Assembly: GCA_002633005.1 (NCBI GenBank)
Contig: NMRA01000003.1
Span: 1,270,519-1,334,518, forward strand
Length of the DNA stretch: 64,000 nucleotides
Direction of reading: 5' to 3'
Origin: Phoronis australis
Lineage: Eukaryota > Animalia > Phoronida
Shown: in pieces, positions 60,975-64,000 of the stretch
How the letters are laid out: each line of letters begins with the position of its first letter
Numbering within the stretch: the stretch's first letter is position 1
The notes under the pieces: model-generated
Seen by the model: only the letters and a program-made list of their open reading frames with translations
Database searches by the model: none
What the model was told of the DNA's origin: nothing
Translations under genes and position numbers: made by a program

Positions 60975-63067
60975 ATATACAGTGCATGATATTGTTATTT
61001 AAAAATTTGTCAGTACTATCATTACAGCATTCTGTCGTTCAGTAACTCGTTTCTAGACGCGAGGGGTGCTTAACGTGCGATAACATCTAGCTCTTTTGGT
61101 AACTGCCCAGCTCAGTCTTTTGTCCCGTATGACAACAAGCAGGCCAATTATCTCCCAGGCTTCAAAGGAAACGTATGGTGGTTGCACGCTAAATTACCGA
61201 ACGCGGTATGAACACAGTCAAACCCAGTCCGTCCGTTTGGACAGAATAGATTTTCTTAACTTATGTTGTAGTTGGGTGATTTTGGTGATTCAAAAACAGA
61301 ACATGATCAGCATTTGATGAGGAATTCAGAAATGCTATTGGTTCAAGCTTAAATATGTTATAACTTAACTTTCATTTTTATCAGCCCAGCCAAGTCAGTC
61401 TAGATACCATCTGATCGGAGATTAGAGCAATTATCAAACAAAAGAGAGAAGGCCCTCCAACCATAAAGGCTAGAATGGAGTTAATCAGTCGTGAAAGATA
61501 TTGGCTACGTGGGTTAAATTGTCCAACTAGTTGTTGGGCAGTAGAATCGAACAAGTTGGTAGCAACGGGATGTTGCCGTCATGTAACCAACCCATCCACA
61601 TCCATCCACCACTCCATTCCATAATCCAACACTGCATCTTATGTCAACTCCAATTCTTTTCAAAATTATCCAAATAATCCATGTGTTTCACTATAATCAA
61701 TTAAAGTAAAACGACATTTGACTGTGAACTGGAGTAAATGCCCTATCTGCACTGTATAACGCAACACAGTATTACGTACTTTTCTAGCCTTTGATTTTTC
61801 TGGCTGACACGGAGAGAGTAGAAAGAACAGTAGTTTCTGTGCAAACAGGTGACCCAAGACATCCACAGACATTAGATCTTTCCTCAACACTGCCTCCAAA
61901 GCCAACATGATTCGCTGTAACAGATAAGATAAAATTCAATGCAACTTTAGTAATAAAATCGACAATAGGTGGCCCTACTGTCACAACCCTCACCCATATG
62001 CAAGGATATCCCCACGAAACCCACTCAATTTCACTTTTTCTAACTAAGTAATAGCTAAGAATGTTTTTATTTTTCAAGGCTGACAACCTTGCTACAAATA
62101 ATCAAACGTTGATCACACGTTGGTTTATAGCAAGTGTACAGAGCACACCATATGCAGCATGCTTAACTTGGAGGATCCAAAGTTGGAATCCCCACAAATG
62201 GAGTAAATTGTTTGCTGTTCCAACCTGTGCAAATTTGGTGAAGATTGACCATTTATCATCAGCTTTCACATGCCAACTAAGGCTGTAAGTAGGCTGTAGG
62301 TAGGAGCACAAGTCCTCTGGGGTCCATAGTATTGATTTAGATGGGCAAAGACAGAAAAAATCTGATCAAGGCAATAAAAAGTTGGATAAAGTGCATTTTT
62401 TCAAGTAACAATTTCTAAATTTTGAAAATGGTTTCATGTGGACTTAAGTTTGTCTAAGATAAACTTAGTTTCCAGTGATCCACAATTGTTTATTCCTCAT
62501 TTTTTCCACAAAATGGACTTTTTCACACGATGAAAAAAGAGCAAAAGAAAATGAACAACACACAATTTCTCGACCATCATGGCCGGAGCACCTCAGTCTC
62601 ATCTTTCTTATAATTTAGGTTCAGTTCATCCTATTTTACCAGTTATGCAATGTCAATAAACAATTTTTGAGAATTTATCCAAGAGGGTAATGCAATTTCA
62701 AAATCAAAACAGGTTTGAAATCAATGAATAACAAGATTATACATTTTTAAAAAAACATCTCCATGGGTCAACTGACCCACGGGACTCAAATCTTTGGGTC
62801 AGTTTACAGGACCTATGGGCCACTATAATTTTTCTGCCATTTTCCAATTACATTTCTGAGCATCACCTTTCAGGTAGCCAGCCAAACAGCTGTGTTAGAC
62901 TGGAAGTAAAAACAAGGCTATTAACACCCGTCTGGTAATTCTGTCTGCTGTCAGTGGCAGAATGTTTCACATTTGGTGATGATTTCCCAATAATTTGCAG
63001 GGCAAGTGGCAATGCGGAAGCAATGTCGGCAAGAGTGGTGACCACCAGGGGGAAAGTTTGGATTCAT
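60480..63067 (-). CDS. 3' exons of an unidentified helical protein gene (weak resemblance to the Gemin4 C-terminus); 5' part unresolved
   Basis: Phase-consistent GT-AG exons 63067-62867, 62282-62168, 61914-61780 and 60620-60480 read ..LADIASALPLALQII..LFGWLPESLSWHVK..IFTKFAQV..LQRIMLALEAVLRKD..KARKLIRIMEKLTS..VKP*. There is a frame problem at the start of the 63067 exon. Confidence 0.55.
60905..60979. repeat. Compound microsatellite (CA)n(TA)n(TATATG)n(TA)n
   Basis: Directly visible. Confidence 0.95.
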
Positions 63068-63668
63068 CTGAAAACCCCACACAAGACTCCCAATCGTCAT
63101 TGACTTTGTTTTGAAATAATGATTATCTATCGGTGGTCTGGTTTTACTCGAGAGCCTAGCTTTCAAACCCATCTTGGCAGGATCTCAGGATCACGTGGCC
63201 ACCAATGGTCGACGCCAGTGATGGCTGGCATGTGGCAGCAACCATGTGAAGGTTAGTGACAGCTGATAGGTAATGATCATTATTTCACAATGTAAAGGTG
63301 AAAGTTATAAACATTCATTCCACTATATTCATTTTGTTGTTGCCAGACATTGTTAAAAATTAGATCAACATGGTCTATATTATCACGGTGTTGAAAGCAA
63401 TGCATAATTTATTCCTAAGTCAATACAAAAAGGTATAATACTACATAAGCACAATTTTAAGGAGCCACCAATGGCCTGCTTTCTCTCAAAAAAGTCTTGG
63501 TTTAGGCTGCTTATCTTCATGAAATTGGTCTGTTTCTTCCCGTGCTGTCCATTCTTTCTAAGTCCTGAAGTCACCTCTAATTACATTATAAGGACAGCTC
63601 GAGACCAATTTTATAATGGTAAGTGGCGTAAATAAAAAACTGTTTTCTGACTGAGAACACATGTTTAA

Positions 63669-64000
63669 AGTGTACACAACATGACTCTAGTACCTCAAAA
63701 TAAATTTTATTATTATATCTTACTTGATTTCAGTGCCTTTAGTGCACAGCTCATAAAGAAACACGCAAAAATTGAAAAAAATAATAATTATGTACAACGT
63801 CATGGGTTGAACCCAGGTCGTTCGCCATACCGTTCGGATCAGAGACAAAGTGTATAGAGTGAAGAGAATGCAAAGTACATTTAGCGTCGAGAAGGTTCGT
63901 AGAGGGATCAAAAGATGTGTTTCCGGAGGCTGCAGCAACAGCAGCCAGGCGGAAAACGTCTCGGTGTTCCGAAGGACACCAAAGTTGCGCAGAAGTGGCA
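63669..64000 (+). mobile_element. 5' end of a third THAP-coding, Kolobok-like element running off the window
   Basis: TTAA|AG start at 63665-63670. About 63907-64000 reads IKRCVSGGCSNS..VSV / PKDTKVAQKW (THAP N-terminus with a frameshift). Confidence 0.6.

Noticed and set aside
63064-63066. In-frame TGA read as selenocysteine
   Set aside because: No redox motif context and no SECIS identified. A homopolymer indel or pseudogenisation is simpler.

Overview
Eukaryotic (metazoan, probably mollusc or other lophotrochozoan), AT-rich, intron-rich genomic DNA with single-N assembly joins at 6078, 26892, 37133, 45410 and 53340. Hand splicing on GT-AG boundaries with phase checks gives three clear genes: the last two exons of mitochondrial ATP synthase subunit f (+, 730-3042), a complete SLC38A10 amino-acid transporter (-, CDS 5562-22689) whose last exon carries about 28 near-perfect QQPNVANV repeats, and a complete eIF2B delta gene (+, CDS 31936-42602) head-to-head with SLC38A10 and with an exon pair duplicated across an N join. 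Further right lie an MS4A/CD20-like tetraspan gene with an in-frame stop (-, about 44.4-50.6 kb), a decayed acidic ORF, and the 3' exons of an unidentified, possibly Gemin4-like gene (-, 60.5-63.3 kb). Introns and intergenic DNA hold many transposon relics: Kolobok-type THAP elements with TTAA target duplications, MITEs, a LINE 3' end, tRNA-derived SINE heads and minisatellites. The most unusual signal is a set of decaying tandem 'echoes' of real 3' splice junctions inside SLC38A10 introns. No prokaryotic system or CRISPR array is present, and all identifications rest on recalled motifs rather than database searches.
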